From: Candidatus Dormiibacterota bacterium
Lineage (GTDB): Bacteria > Chloroflexota > Dormibacteria > Aeolococcales > Aeolococcaceae
Assembly: GCA_003153125.1 (NCBI GenBank)
Contig: PLWW01000078.1
Span: 30,945 to 94,944, forward strand
Length of the DNA: 64,000 nucleotides
Direction: 5' to 3'
Positions 36,392 through 46,327 of this stretch are shown here, in pieces. The translations under genes and the position numbers were made by a program. The notes under the pieces are model-generated. The model was not told the DNA's origin. It did no database searches and worked only from the letters and a program-made list of their open reading frames with translations. How positions within the stretch are numbered: the first letter of the stretch is position 1; every line of letters starts with the position of its first letter.

Positions 36392-37179
36392 CCCCAGCGG
36401 CGGCGGCGGCGGCGGTGGGCTGGCTGTCGATGGCGCCGGTGAAGAGCCTGCGCATCCAGGAGGTCTCCGAGGTTCATCTCGGCCCCGACGGCGTCGAGGG
36501 CGACCGCCGGTTCCTGCTTAGCGACAGCAACGGGCACCTCTTCAACGGCAAGCGCATGGGTGTTCTCATGCAGGTCATCGCTGAGAGCGCGCCTCCCCAT
36601 ACCGCGCTGACCCTTCGTTTCCCCGACGGCGAGGTGGTGAGCGGCGACGTCGAACTCGGCGCCCGCACCACCATCCTCGCCTATCGAGAGTTGCGCCCGG
36701 TTCGCGCCGTGCTCGGTCCCTGGTCGGAGGCCCTCTCGGCCTTCGCGGATGTGGACGTGCGGCTTGTCCAGCCCCTCGACGGCGGCGGGGGAGTGGACCG
36801 ATACCCGGGCGGTGGGGTCACGATGCTGTCCGCCGCATCGGTTGAGGCTCTGGCGGGGGCGGCCGGCGTGGCGGCCGTCGACAGGCGCCGTTTCAGGATG
36901 AATATCGGTCTCGAAGGCCCAGCAGCGTTCGAGGAGGACCGGTGGCTTGGTCGAGTGGTCGCAATTGGTGAGGCCACGGTGCGGGTCAACGGCAATGTCG
37001 GGCGCTGCGCAGTGACCACGGAGAACCCGGTGACCGGCGTGGCCGACCTGCGCACGCTGCACCTCCTGGGCGACCTCCGCGCCGGCGCGCCGTCAACCGA
37101 GCCCCTGCCCTTCGGCGTGTGGGGCGAGGTCGTCCAGCCCGGCCGAGTTCGCCTCGGCGACGCTGTTCGGGTTCTCTGA
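36388..37179 (+). CDS. MOSC domain-containing protein
   Basis: GTGA overlap with moaC. PVKSLR...GPDGVEGDRRF...RRFRMNI...GRCAVTT..P.TG. Confidence 0.8.
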   Translation: MTPAAAAAAVGWLSMAPVKSLRIQEVSEVHLGPDGVEGDRRFLLSDSNGHLFNGKRMGVLMQVIAESAPPHTALTLRFPDGEVVSGDVELGARTTILAYRELRPVRAVLGPWSEALSAFADVDVRLVQPLDGGGGVDRYPGGGVTMLSAASVEALAGAAGVAAVDRRRFRMNIGLEGPAAFEEDRWLGRVVAIGEATVRVNGNVGRCAVTTENPVTGVADLRTLHLLGDLRAGAPSTEPLPFGVWGEVVQPGRVRLGDAVRVL

Positions 37180-37335
37180 CCAAGCCGCCTGGCCGTCGGG
37201 GCATCCGGCGGCGCCCCGGCTCCGTACACATCGGCAGCGTCACCACCGGCATCAAGCGGGCGGACGGCGTCAATCGACAGCACACGAGGGTCGGGGGATG
37301 AAAGCGCCCTCGGCCGCTCACATGGGAGGTGCGGC

Positions 37336-37596
37336 ATGCCGTTCATTGGTACCGGGCACATCTGGCTTCTGGGGATCCTTCTCGTCATCGTCCTGATCAT
37401 CTGGGGCCCGGGCAAGCTTCCCGATATCGGCTCCGGCATGGGCCGCGCCATCCGCGAGTTCCGCAAGGCCTCCAGCGACACCAGGGAGCAGTTCAACGCG
37501 GTGACCCGTGTCGAGACCCCGCCGTCGGTTGACACCGCGCCCGACCCCGCCACTCAGGCGGTCCCCGTCGCATCCAGTCGCGGCGCCGGCGTCTGA
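37336..37596 (+). CDS. tatA: Twin-arginine translocase subunit TatA/E
   Basis: SD GGGAGG upstream. IWLLGILLVIVLIIWGPGKLPDIGSGMGRAIREFRKA. Confidence 0.9.
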   Translation: MPFIGTGHIWLLGILLVIVLIIWGPGKLPDIGSGMGRAIREFRKASSDTREQFNAVTRVETPPSVDTAPDPATQAVPVASSRGAGV

Positions 37597-37629
37597 GCTC
37601 GACGCGCTGAGCGGCGGAGGCGATCACTG

Positions 37630-38139
37630 ATGCAGGGGGTGGCCGGCGACCGCCCCGTGACGGTCGTCGAGCACCTCGAGGAGCTGCGCCGCGCCCTGCT
37701 GATCTCGGCGGTGGCGTGGATCGTGGCCACGGTGCTCGCCTTCATCTTCCACGGCGCCATCGTCGAGTTCCTGTTGCGCCCACTCACCACGGTCCCGGCC
37801 AGGAATAACCACATCAGCTCGACCGCGACCTTCACGAGCCCCACGGAGGGCCTCAGCATCCCCATGAAGATCTCGGCGATCGTGGGCGTGGTGGGCGCGG
37901 CCCCGGTGATCCTCTGGCAGGTCTGGGGGTTCATCGCCCCCGGACTGCGGCCGCTGGAGCGGAAGTTCGTGGGGCCGTTCGTGGGCTCGGCGTTCCTGCT
38001 CTTCGCCGGCGGCGCGGCCTTCGCCTACTTCGTGATGCCGATCGGCCTCAACTTCCTGGCCACCTTCCTCGGCAACAGCGCCATCTACCTGCCCGACATC
38101 AATTCCTCCCTCATCCTCGACAAGGTGCTCAAGCGCTGA
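37630..38139 (+). CDS. tatC: TatC, C-terminally truncated (169 aa, ends after about TM4)
   Basis: VVEHLEELRRAL...P.ILWQVWGFIAPGL...FAGGAAFAYFV.P..L.FL aligns with the TatC N-terminal two-thirds. It stops at ...LILDKVLKR*, where TM5-TM6 are expected. No TatC-like continuation exists in any frame of 38100-38375. Confidence 0.7.
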   Translation: MQGVAGDRPVTVVEHLEELRRALLISAVAWIVATVLAFIFHGAIVEFLLRPLTTVPARNNHISSTATFTSPTEGLSIPMKISAIVGVVGAAPVILWQVWGFIAPGLRPLERKFVGPFVGSAFLLFAGGAAFAYFVMPIGLNFLATFLGNSAIYLPDINSSLILDKVLKR

Positions 38140-38253
38140 TGCCGGGAGGGTCGTACGACCAACGTCGTCTATCGCCTCCGCCCGCCGGCCCCGACACTCG
38201 CAGCGGGTGCTCAACGTGCAGCCGCCGGCTGTGGCATCTCGGGAGGACATGCC

Positions 38254-39366
38254 GTGACACGGGGACGTGTGTTCCGCCTGGGCGGCGTGGCGACCGCCGC
38301 GTTGGCGGCCGTGCTGCAGGTGTCGACCGCCTCTGCCGGTGGCAGCTTTGTTGGAGGCCTGTCGAAGATCACTGAGATCGCCAGCACCGTTCCGGTCGTT
38401 GGCGACGTCAATCCCTACGGCATGGCGGTGGTGCCGCAGAGTGGCGGCGACCTGACGGTCGGTGACGTGCTGATCAGCAACTTCAACGCGGCGAGCAACC
38501 TCCAGGGGACGGGGACGTCGATCGTGGAGGTCTCCCCGCGGGGGTCGCGGCGGCTGTTCGCGCGGGTTGACGCGGCATCGCTGCCGGGGCGCTGTCCCGG
38601 CGGCGTCGGCCTGACCACCGCCCTCAGCGTGCTCCCCCATGGCTTTGTGGTGGTGGGCAGCCTTCCGACAACGGATGGCACGGCCGCGACGGCACGGGCC
38701 GGGTGTCTCATCGTCCTCAACAACGAGGGCCGTGTGGTCGAGACGCTGTCAGGGGACGGCATCAACGGCCCCTGGGACATGACCGCGGTCGCCAACACCG
38801 ATGGCGCCGACCTGTTCGTCACCAACGTCCTCAACGGCACCGTTGCGGCCGGCGGAGTGGTCGTGCATCGGGGCACCGTGGTGCGCATCGACCTCCGCAT
38901 CGGCTGGGCTGGAGCGCCGGCCGAGATCTCGCGGACGGTCATCGGCTCAGGATTCGCGGAGCGTACCGACCCGGCCGCGCTCGTCATCGGCCCGACCGGG
39001 GTCGGGTTGGGCGGTGACGGCACCCTCTTCGTCGCCGACAGTCTCAACAGCCGCGTGGCGGCCATCCCTGACGCGGTCAGCAGGCGCGGCAGCGCCGGGA
39101 CGGGGCGCGACGTGAGCATGGCCGGCGCCCTCAATGACCCGCTGGGCCTCACCGTCGCCCCCAACGGCGACATCCTCACCGTCGACGGCGCGGACGGCAA
39201 CCTCGTGGAGACGACGCCGCATGGCGGCCAGGTCGCTGTTCGGCAACTCGATTCGAGCGGATCACCTCCTGGCGCCGGTGCTCTCTTCGGGCTCGTGGTG
39301 ACGCCGAGCGATCGAGGGCTGTACTTCGTCGACGACGCCACCAATACCCTGCAGCTGCTTCACTAA
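38254..39366 (+). CDS. Secreted beta-propeller-like (NHL/SMP-30-like repeat) protein
   Basis: SD GGGAGG lies 7 nt before GTG. Signal peptide ...AAVLQVSTASA, and repeated motifs GPWDM, LFVTNVLNG, LFVADSLNSRV, DPLGLTVAPNGDILTVDG, LYFVDD. Confidence 0.6.
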   Translation: MTRGRVFRLGGVATAALAAVLQVSTASAGGSFVGGLSKITEIASTVPVVGDVNPYGMAVVPQSGGDLTVGDVLISNFNAASNLQGTGTSIVEVSPRGSRRLFARVDAASLPGRCPGGVGLTTALSVLPHGFVVVGSLPTTDGTAATARAGCLIVLNNEGRVVETLSGDGINGPWDMTAVANTDGADLFVTNVLNGTVAAGGVVVHRGTVVRIDLRIGWAGAPAEISRTVIGSGFAERTDPAALVIGPTGVGLGGDGTLFVADSLNSRVAAIPDAVSRRGSAGTGRDVSMAGALNDPLGLTVAPNGDILTVDGADGNLVETTPHGGQVAVRQLDSSGSPPGAGALFGLVVTPSDRGLYFVDDATNTLQLLH

Positions 39367-39378
39367 GCTCCCCTTTTT

Positions 39379-39414
39379 GACGGGTCCCGTGCACCACACG
39401 GCACGGGGCCCGTC
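39379..39414. terminator. Strong hairpin between convergent genes
   Basis: GACGGGTCCCGTGC-accacacg-GCACGGGGCCCGTC, a 14-bp stem with one G-U pair. It lies 13 nt after the + gene stop and 27 nt before the - gene stop. Confidence 0.45.
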
Positions 39415-39440
39415 GCTTCTCTCATTGGAGATGGCGTCGG

Positions 39441-40832
39441 TCAGCGCCCTTGGAGCCGGGTCACGGACCGCGCCCGCCACGACCGCCTCCCGGTGCGGCG
39501 CTCCGCCTCATCGGCGCCGCGCATCGCCCGCACACTGAGGTTCACCGCAAGCCAGCGCAGTGGTTCGGGCTCCCACGGGCGGGACCGATGCTGCACCCAG
39601 GGCAGGCGCGTCAAGGGTGTGTCCCGCTCGAGGATGAGGTCCGCGAGCGTGCGCCCGGCGACGTTGCTGGCGGCGACGCCATCACCGACGTAACCGCCGG
39701 CGGACGCGATGCCATTGCGCCTGTCGATGCGCACCGACGGATACCAGTCCCTGGCGACCCCGATGGGACCTCCCCAGCGGTGCGTGACGTGCACCCCGCG
39801 CGTCTGCGGAATCAATTCGTGGAGCGCGTTCTCGAGCGCGCTGAACACCCGTGCGTCACCATCGAAGCTGTCGGACACACGCGAGCCGAAGTGGTACGGC
39901 GCGCCCCGCCCACCAAAAGCGATCCGTCCGTCCGCGGTGCGTTGCGCGTAGATGAGCAGGTGGCGGCCGTCGTTGATCGTTTCGCCGGCCGACCAGCCGA
40001 TCTCTGCCCACGCGGAGTCGGGCAGCGGCTCGGTCGCGATCATCAGCGAGTAGAGGGGGAGGAGGGCCCGGTGCTCGCCGCGGAGTTCAGAGGTGTAGGC
40101 CTCGGTGGCGCGCACGATGGTGCGCGCCCGAACGGTTCCACGCGACGTGACCACGGCGTGGGGCCGGATCTCTCCCACGGCGGTCCGCTCGACGATTCGG
40201 CCGCCGGCTCGCTCGACAGCACGGCCGAGGCCCCGCACCAGTTTGCCGGGGTGGAGGCGGGCGCAGTGCGGGGTGAACTGAGCGCCCCGACAGCCGGGCA
40301 CGCGCACACGTTCAGCCGCCTGCCCGCGGTCGAGCCACTGCAGTGCCAGGTCGGACTCGTCGCGTTGCTGCGAGGCCGCCGTGCGCGCGCGCAGGTCGCT
40401 TTCCTGCAACGACGTCATGGCCAGCGTCAGACAACCTCCTCGGCGAATGTCGGCGTCGATGTGCTCGTGACCGGCCGTGGCCGCCACGTCGTCGATTCCC
40501 TCGACCAGGGCGCGGTGCATGGCCCGGGCGGCGTCAGCGCCCTGCTGCTGCACGACACGGTCCCAGGACACAGGGAACAGGTCGCTGCACCAGCCGCCGT
40601 TGCGCCCGCTCGCCCCGAAGCCCGCGATCTCGCGCTCCACCACCAGGACACGCAGGCTGGGGTCGCGCTGAAGCAGCGCGTATGCGGTCCACAAACCCGT
40701 GTACCCGGCACCGACGATGGCCACGTCCACGTCACAGTCGCCGTCTAGTGGCGGACGCGGCAACAGGTCGTCATCGATCGCGTCGAGCCAGAAGCTCAGG
40801 CGACGATAACGCTGCGGGTCGGCGGCGGTCAC
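39441..40832 (-). CDS. FAD-dependent oxidoreductase (DAO family, gamma-glutamylputrescine-oxidase-like)
   Basis: GTG 40832 overlaps the ALDH stop (GTGA). [15 protein letters not shown] (dinucleotide fold)...GASGRNGG. Confidence 0.85.
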   Translation of the reverse strand: MTAADPQRYRRLSFWLDAIDDDLLPRPPLDGDCDVDVAIVGAGYTGLWTAYALLQRDPSLRVLVVEREIAGFGASGRNGGWCSDLFPVSWDRVVQQQGADAARAMHRALVEGIDDVAATAGHEHIDADIRRGGCLTLAMTSLQESDLRARTAASQQRDESDLALQWLDRGQAAERVRVPGCRGAQFTPHCARLHPGKLVRGLGRAVERAGGRIVERTAVGEIRPHAVVTSRGTVRARTIVRATEAYTSELRGEHRALLPLYSLMIATEPLPDSAWAEIGWSAGETINDGRHLLIYAQRTADGRIAFGGRGAPYHFGSRVSDSFDGDARVFSALENALHELIPQTRGVHVTHRWGGPIGVARDWYPSVRIDRRNGIASAGGYVGDGVAASNVAGRTLADLILERDTPLTRLPWVQHRSRPWEPEPLRWLAVNLSVRAMRGADEAERRTGRRSWRARSVTRLQGR

Positions 40833-42268
40833 ACCTCGATGTTCGACATGACGTGCTTGATGCGCGTGTAGTCGTTGAAGCCGTACATCGACATGTCCTT
40901 GCCGTAGCCGGAGTGCTTGAAGCCGCCGTGGGGCATCTCGGACACCACCGGGATGTGCGTGTTGATCCACACGCAGCCGAAGTCGAGAAGGCGTGACATG
41001 CGCATGGCCCGCCCGTGGTCGCGAGTCCACACGCTCGAGGCGAGCCCGTACTCGACGTCGTTGGCCCAGCGCAGCGCCTCGCCCTCGTCGGTGAACCGCT
41101 GCACGGTGACCACCGGGCCGAACATCTCCTGCTGGATGACCTCGTCGTCCTGGCGCAGTCCCGCGATCACGGTTGCCTCTTGGAAGAACCCCGGACCGCT
41201 CGACGCACCGCCGCCCGCCGCGATCGAGGCGTGGTCGGGAAGACGGTCGATGAACCCGCGCACCCGGGCCAGCTGGTCGCGGTTGTTGAGCGGCCCGTAG
41301 GCGGCGTCCTCGTCCGCGGGCGGACCGGTGTGGGTCAGCTTCGCCTGCGCAGCGAGGGCGTCGAGGAAGTCATCGTGGACGCGGGGACCGGCGAGCACGC
41401 GTGTCGCCGCCGTGCAGTCCTGGCCGGCGTTGAAGTACGCGGCGCCGGCAATCCCCTCGGCGGCAGACTCGACGTCGGCGTCGTCGAACACGATGACCGG
41501 TGCCTTTCCGCCAAGCTCGAGGTGGACACGTTTGAGGTCCACCGCGGCCGCGGCTGCGACCTCGCGGCCGGCGCGGACGCTGCCCGTGATCGACACCATC
41601 GCGGGGATGCGGTGCGACACGATCGCGCCCCCGGTGGCGCGGTCACCGCAGATCACGTTGAAGACGCCCGGCGGCAGCACCTCACAGGCGAGTTCCGCCA
41701 TGCGGATGGTGCTCAGCGGGGTTGTCTCCGACGGCTTGAGCACCACCGTGTTGCCCGCGGCGATCGCCGGGGCGAACTTCCAGGCCGCCATGAGCATTGG
41801 GTAGTTCCACGGGGTCACCTGACCGCACACCCCGACGGGCTCACGGCGGATCCAGCTGGTGTGGCCGGCCATGTACTCGCCGGCCGCCGTGCCCTCGAGA
41901 AAGCGGGCCGCTCCGCCCATGAACCGCACGATGTCGTGGAGCATGGGCAGCTCCTCACTCTCGGTGAGCGCAAGCGGCTTGCCGGTGTTGCGGCACTCGA
42001 TCTCGACAAGCTCGCGACCGTGCTCCTCGAGCAGGTCGGCGAAGCGCAGCATCGCCCGGCTGCGCTCCTTCGGAGTGGTGTCCCGCCAGCCGGGAAACGC
42101 CTCCTGGGCGGCGCGGTAGGCGTCATCGACGTCCTCGGCGCTCGACAGCGGAGAGTGTGCGAACACCTCCCCGGTGGAGGGATCGACCAGAGCAAGGGTG
42201 CCGTCGCCGCGCGTCTCCACCGACCTGCCGCCGACCACGTTGCGCAGCGTTTCCACAGTCACAGCCAT
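40829..42268 (-). CDS. NAD(P)-dependent aldehyde dehydrogenase (aminobutyraldehyde dehydrogenase-like)
   Basis: ATG 42268 is preceded by GGGAG. FPGWRD....R....L.FADL...VTPWNYP...ELGGKAP (catalytic Glu context)...FNAGQDCTA (catalytic Cys). Confidence 0.9.
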   Translation of the reverse strand: MAVTVETLRNVVGGRSVETRGDGTLALVDPSTGEVFAHSPLSSAEDVDDAYRAAQEAFPGWRDTTPKERSRAMLRFADLLEEHGRELVEIECRNTGKPLALTESEELPMLHDIVRFMGGAARFLEGTAAGEYMAGHTSWIRREPVGVCGQVTPWNYPMLMAAWKFAPAIAAGNTVVLKPSETTPLSTIRMAELACEVLPPGVFNVICGDRATGGAIVSHRIPAMVSITGSVRAGREVAAAAAVDLKRVHLELGGKAPVIVFDDADVESAAEGIAGAAYFNAGQDCTAATRVLAGPRVHDDFLDALAAQAKLTHTGPPADEDAAYGPLNNRDQLARVRGFIDRLPDHASIAAGGGASSGPGFFQEATVIAGLRQDDEVIQQEMFGPVVTVQRFTDEGEALRWANDVEYGLASSVWTRDHGRAMRMSRLLDFGCVWINTHIPVVSEMPHGGFKHSGYGKDMSMYGFNDYTRIKHVMSNIEV

Positions 42269-42299
42269 GTCCAGACTCCCGGTGTGTGAGGTGACCGCG

Positions 42300-43157
42300 T
42301 CAGAACGTGCGCGGTGTGTTGATCCAGAGAACACGGGTCACCATGGGGCCCGGGTTCCACCAACGATGCCGGCGTGTCGATTCGAAGCACAGCGACGTGC
42401 CGGCGAAGACGTCGAACTGTTCGCGACCGTCGAGTGTGATCGACAGCATGCCGTCGATGACGAAGAGAAACTCCTCCCCCTCGTGGGCGTACTCCCCGCC
42501 GCTGCCGAACCCGGGCTCGATGATGAACCGCTGTGGCTCGAGCAGTTGCGCCGTGCCCGACAGATCCTCGATGCGCACGCCCGGGATGGGGAGGTGCAGC
42601 AGAGTGACCTCGCCGCCGATCGGCCGGCACGCCGGCGGCGTCGTCCCGAGGAGCGCGCCGACGGTCGTGCCGAGCGCGGCGCTGAGCTTCTGCAGCGACG
42701 CCACCGAGGGCTGAACCACTCCGCGTTCCACACCCGAGACCAGCGACGCCGAGACGCCCGCCAAGGCTGCCAGCGCACGCATCGACAGACGGCGCTCCAG
42801 TCGCTTCTGGTGCAGAGGTGTCCCGATGTTGATGGTGGGAGCCGCGCTTCTCGCGGTCGGCGGCCGGGGTCGGAGTCGTCCACGCGGCGGCGCATCGCGC
42901 AATTTGCGCCCGATGGCATGGACGGCCAGCCCCTCGACCTCCCGAAGGCGGTGAACCTCGCGAGCCCGGGTCACCTCCCCGGCGTCGTAGCGGCGCCAAC
43001 CGGCCGGCGTGCGCGACGATCGAAGCAGCCCGTACCGCTCCCAGGCGCGCAGGGTCGACGGGCTGATGCCCACCATCCTGGCCACCTCTCCGACCGAGTA
43101 ACGTCCCCCTGGCTCGGCGCTCACACCATCTTCCACTTCCACCAACGCTGGAACCAC
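42300..43157 (-). CDS. Transcriptional regulator with MerR-type HTH, XRE-type HTH and C-terminal cupin domain
   Basis: [26 protein letters not shown]...GWRRY (MerR HTH). [23 protein letters not shown]...[14 protein letters not shown] (XRE HTH). [16 protein letters not shown]...F....RH.W.N (cupin). The start may instead be GTG 43124. Confidence 0.8.
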   Translation of the reverse strand: MVPALVEVEDGVSAEPGGRYSVGEVARMVGISPSTLRAWERYGLLRSSRTPAGWRRYDAGEVTRAREVHRLREVEGLAVHAIGRKLRDAPPRGRLRPRPPTARSAAPTINIGTPLHQKRLERRLSMRALAALAGVSASLVSGVERGVVQPSVASLQKLSAALGTTVGALLGTTPPACRPIGGEVTLLHLPIPGVRIEDLSGTAQLLEPQRFIIEPGFGSGGEYAHEGEEFLFVIDGMLSITLDGREQFDVFAGTSLCFESTRRHRWWNPGPMVTRVLWINTPRTF

Positions 43158-43186
43158 TTGACGAGCCTACCACCCGCCGCTAGGGT
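43158..43186 (+). promoter_or_regulatory. Candidate sigma70-type promoter (-35 TTGACG, 17-nt spacer, -10 TAGGGT) facing the permease operon
   Basis: Hexamers and spacing read directly from the sequence. Confidence 0.35.
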
Positions 43187-43198
43187 GTGCAGCGCTCG

Positions 43199-43215
43199 TT
43201 GCAGATGTTCTGCAA
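43199..43215. promoter_or_regulatory. Perfect inverted repeat TTGCAGA-tgt-TCTGCAA (candidate operator)
   Basis: 7+7 bp palindrome just downstream of the candidate -10, in the divergent regulator/permease intergenic region. Confidence 0.4.
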
Positions 43216-43394
43216 TGTGAGCGGGCGGCGCGTGGAGGTCGGGCGGATGGAGGCAGCAGGCGCGGACCGGAAGGGTCGCGGGCAACCGCGGACGCCCACC
43301 TCCGATCGCGCCGCCGTGTCGACGTCGCGATACCGGCGACGCGCGTGATGAGCAGCAGCGAAGCCTGCCGTCCAGGCTCGGATAGGAGGTGACC

Positions 43395-44909
43395 ATGGCC
43401 ACGGTTGCGGAGCCCATCGTTCACGGCGAGCCGGTCGTCTCGCAACTGAAGACGAACACCCTCACCCTGTTCGACTCGACTGTCATCGCCACGTCGAGCG
43501 TGGCTCCCGCGTACACCCTCGCGGCAACGGCCGCGGTGCTGGTGGCAGCCGTTGGCCTCGCGTCGCCGGCCGCGATCCTGGTTGGTTTTCTCCCAGTGCT
43601 ATTCATCGCGCTGGCGTACTACTACCTGAACCGGATGGACCCCAACTGCGGCGCGTCGTACTCGTGGGTCAGCCGCACTCTCAACCCATACGTCGGATGG
43701 TTCTCCGGGTGGATACAGCTCGCCGCCAATGTCCTCTTCTGCGCCGCGGCACCGATCCTCGGCGGCGCCTACACCCTTCAGTTGCTCAACAGCTTCGGAT
43801 GGATCAGCTCCGACGTCGCGGGCGACAACCGCTGGATCGCTGTTGTCGGTGTGGCGTGGCTCGCACTGGTGACCTTCATGGTTGCTCGCGGCATCCGCGT
43901 CACCGCCAACTTCCAGTGGGTGCTGGTCTTCATCGAGTACTTCATCGTGCTCGGGTTCGCCATCGCCGCCCTGATCAAGGTGATCTCGGGCAGCCATCCG
44001 GCGGCGACCTCCTTCGACGGCGGCTGGTTCAACCCGGGATCCCTGGGCGGCCTCAGCGGGATCGCCACAGGCGCGGCCCTGGCGGTCTTCTTCTTCTGGG
44101 GCTGGGACACTGCGGCGAACGTGAACGAGGAGACCAAAGCCGCCGACAAGTCGCCCGGTATCGCCGGCATCCTCAGCATGTTCATCCTGCTCTTCATCTT
44201 TCTGCTCGCGATCATCGCCATCCAGATGTTTCTCTCGCAGAGCGCGCTGAACGATCCCAACAACCAGGGCGACATCCTCTACTACTTCGCTCAACAGCTC
44301 TCCGGTACACCGCTGGCGTACCTGATGGTCCTGGCGGTGCTCTCGTCGACCGTCGCCACCACGCAGACCACACTCTTGCCGTCGAGCAGGCTCACCTATT
44401 CAATGGCGAGAGACGGCGTGTTCCCGAAGGCTTTCGGCCGCGTCCATCACTCCTGGAAGACGCCATGGTTCGGGACGGTGATCACCGCCGTCTTCTCCAC
44501 CCTCGTGATCGTGTTGACGATCACCGTGGACAGTATCAACAACGTTTTCAACAACTTGATCCTCGACATCGGCGTACTCGTCGCTCTCTACTATGGAGTG
44601 ACCGGCCTGGCATCCTTCTGGGCCTTCCGCAAGGTGCTCTCCAGCAGCGTCCGGCTCCTCCTCTTCGCGGGCATCCTTCCACTGATTGGCGGCATCTTCC
44701 TCTTCGCGATCGCGGGGTATGTCGTCTACCAGTCCTGGATCGCGGACGTCGGTGCCACTCTGCCGGTGCTGATCGCGGTGGGAGCGGGATTGCCGCTCAT
44801 GGCGGTGGCCGTGGCAACCAACCACTCCGGCTTCTTTCACGAGAAGACGGTCTCCTACCTCATGGTCAACGGAAAGCTCACAGCGTCGACCTCAGGATCG
44901 CCAAGCTAG
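43395..44909 (+). CDS. APC-superfamily amino acid/polyamine permease
   Basis: SD AGGAGG lies 5 nt before ATG 43395. About 12 TMs with an N-terminal LTLFDSTVIATSSVAPAY motif. Confidence 0.85.
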   Translation: MATVAEPIVHGEPVVSQLKTNTLTLFDSTVIATSSVAPAYTLAATAAVLVAAVGLASPAAILVGFLPVLFIALAYYYLNRMDPNCGASYSWVSRTLNPYVGWFSGWIQLAANVLFCAAAPILGGAYTLQLLNSFGWISSDVAGDNRWIAVVGVAWLALVTFMVARGIRVTANFQWVLVFIEYFIVLGFAIAALIKVISGSHPAATSFDGGWFNPGSLGGLSGIATGAALAVFFFWGWDTAANVNEETKAADKSPGIAGILSMFILLFIFLLAIIAIQMFLSQSALNDPNNQGDILYYFAQQLSGTPLAYLMVLAVLSSTVATTQTTLLPSSRLTYSMARDGVFPKAFGRVHHSWKTPWFGTVITAVFSTLVIVLTITVDSINNVFNNLILDIGVLVALYYGVTGLASFWAFRKVLSSSVRLLLFAGILPLIGGIFLFAIAGYVVYQSWIADVGATLPVLIAVGAGLPLMAVAVATNHSGFFHEKTVSYLMVNGKLTASTSGSPS

Positions 44910-44998
44910 GAAGTCGTGCGTCAACACCGACATGTGAACGTCGAGGCCCGTCGGCGCCGATCGTGGCGTCCGGCGGGCTCGGTCGGAGGACCGGCTCT

Positions 44999-46327
44999 GT
45001 GAGCAACGCTGAGCTGCAGCGACAGCGCGAGCGCTCCATCCCGCGGGGCATGGGCTCCACCATGCCCGGCTTCGCCCACTCGGCGGACGGCGTCACCATG
45101 GTCGACGCTGACGGCAGGCGGTTCCTCGACTTCGCCAGCGGTATCAGCGTCACCAACCTCGGCCACGGCCACCCCGACGTAGTCGCCGCCATCCACGCGC
45201 AGGTCGATCGCCTCATCCATTCGGGCGCGCCGGTGATGCTCCCCGACGTCTACGTCGAGCTCTGCGCCCGCCTGTGCGACCTCTCTCCGGTGCCCCAGCC
45301 GTCGCGAGCCGTGCTCTTCAACAGCGGTGCCGAAGCGGTCGAGAACGCGGTGAAGATCGTGCGCCAAGCGACCGGGCGCCCGGCCATCGTCTCCTTCCAC
45401 AACAGCTTCCACGGGCGCACCCTGCTGACCATGACCCTCACCGGCAAGGTGGACCCGTACAAACAGAACTTCGGTCCCTACGCGCCCGAGGTGTACCAGG
45501 CGCCGTACCCGAACCCGTACCACGACCAGACGTCCGACTCCAGCCTCGAAGCTCTCGAGGCGCTGTTCGCGTCGCAGGTCCCGGCCGACCGGGTGGCCGG
45601 CGTGATCGTGGAACCTGTGCAGGGCGAGGGCGGATTCGTCGTGCCGCCCGCCGATTTCCTGCCCCGTCTGTCGAGCTTGCTTCGCCGCCTCGACATCCCG
45701 CTGATCGCCGACGAGATCCAGAGCGGCGTAGCCCGCACCGGCAAGCTGTTCGCCGTGAACCATGTTGGTGTCGAGCCCGACCTCGTGCTCATCGGCAAGT
45801 CGCTGGGCGGCGGCCTTCCATTGGCGGCAGTGGTGGGCCGGGCAGCGCTGATGGACGCCACAGCGCCAGGGGGCCTTGGCGGCACATTCGGCGGCAACCC
45901 TGTCGCCTGCGCGGCCGCGCTGGCCGTGCTCGACGTCATCGAGCGTGATGACATCTGCGCGCGGGCTCGCCATGTCGGCGCCGTCGCGATGGAGCGCATG
46001 CAGGCTTTGCAGCAGCGCTACCCGTGCGTCGGCGACGTGCGCGGCATCGGAGCCATGACCGCCATGGAACTCGTGGAGAACGCCTCGAGCCGCGAACCGG
46101 CACCCGCCCTCACACTGGCCGTGTTGCGCGAGGCGCACTCGCGCGGCCTGGCGCTCCTGCGCGCCGGGCTCCACGACAACGTCATCCGTCTGCTCATGCC
46201 GCTGACGATCGCCGACGACGATCTGGCGGTCGGCCTCGACATCCTCGCGCAGGCACTCGAGGCCGCGGTCTCCGCCACCACCGGTGCCGCAGCAGCGGCC
46301 ACCACAAGGACGAATCATGCCAACTGA
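44999..46327 (+). CDS. gabT: 4-aminobutyrate aminotransferase-like class III aminotransferase
   Basis: SD GGAGG lies 9 nt before GTG 44999. DFASGISVTNLGHGHP...NSGAEAVENAVK...SFHGRT...DEIQSGVARTG...GKSLGGGLP. Confidence 0.85.
   Translation: MSNAELQRQRERSIPRGMGSTMPGFAHSADGVTMVDADGRRFLDFASGISVTNLGHGHPDVVAAIHAQVDRLIHSGAPVMLPDVYVELCARLCDLSPVPQPSRAVLFNSGAEAVENAVKIVRQATGRPAIVSFHNSFHGRTLLTMTLTGKVDPYKQNFGPYAPEVYQAPYPNPYHDQTSDSSLEALEALFASQVPADRVAGVIVEPVQGEGGFVVPPADFLPRLSSLLRRLDIPLIADEIQSGVARTGKLFAVNHVGVEPDLVLIGKSLGGGLPLAAVVGRAALMDATAPGGLGGTFGGNPVACAAALAVLDVIERDDICARARHVGAVAMERMQALQQRYPCVGDVRGIGAMTAMELVENASSREPAPALTLAVLREAHSRGLALLRAGLHDNVIRLLMPLTIADDDLAVGLDILAQALEAAVSATTGAAAAATTRTNHAN

Noticed and set aside
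38080-38375. TatC C-terminus continuing in another frame (a simple frameshift)
   Set aside because: I translated all three forward frames and none resembles TatC TM5-TM6. The truncation is therefore not a single indel.
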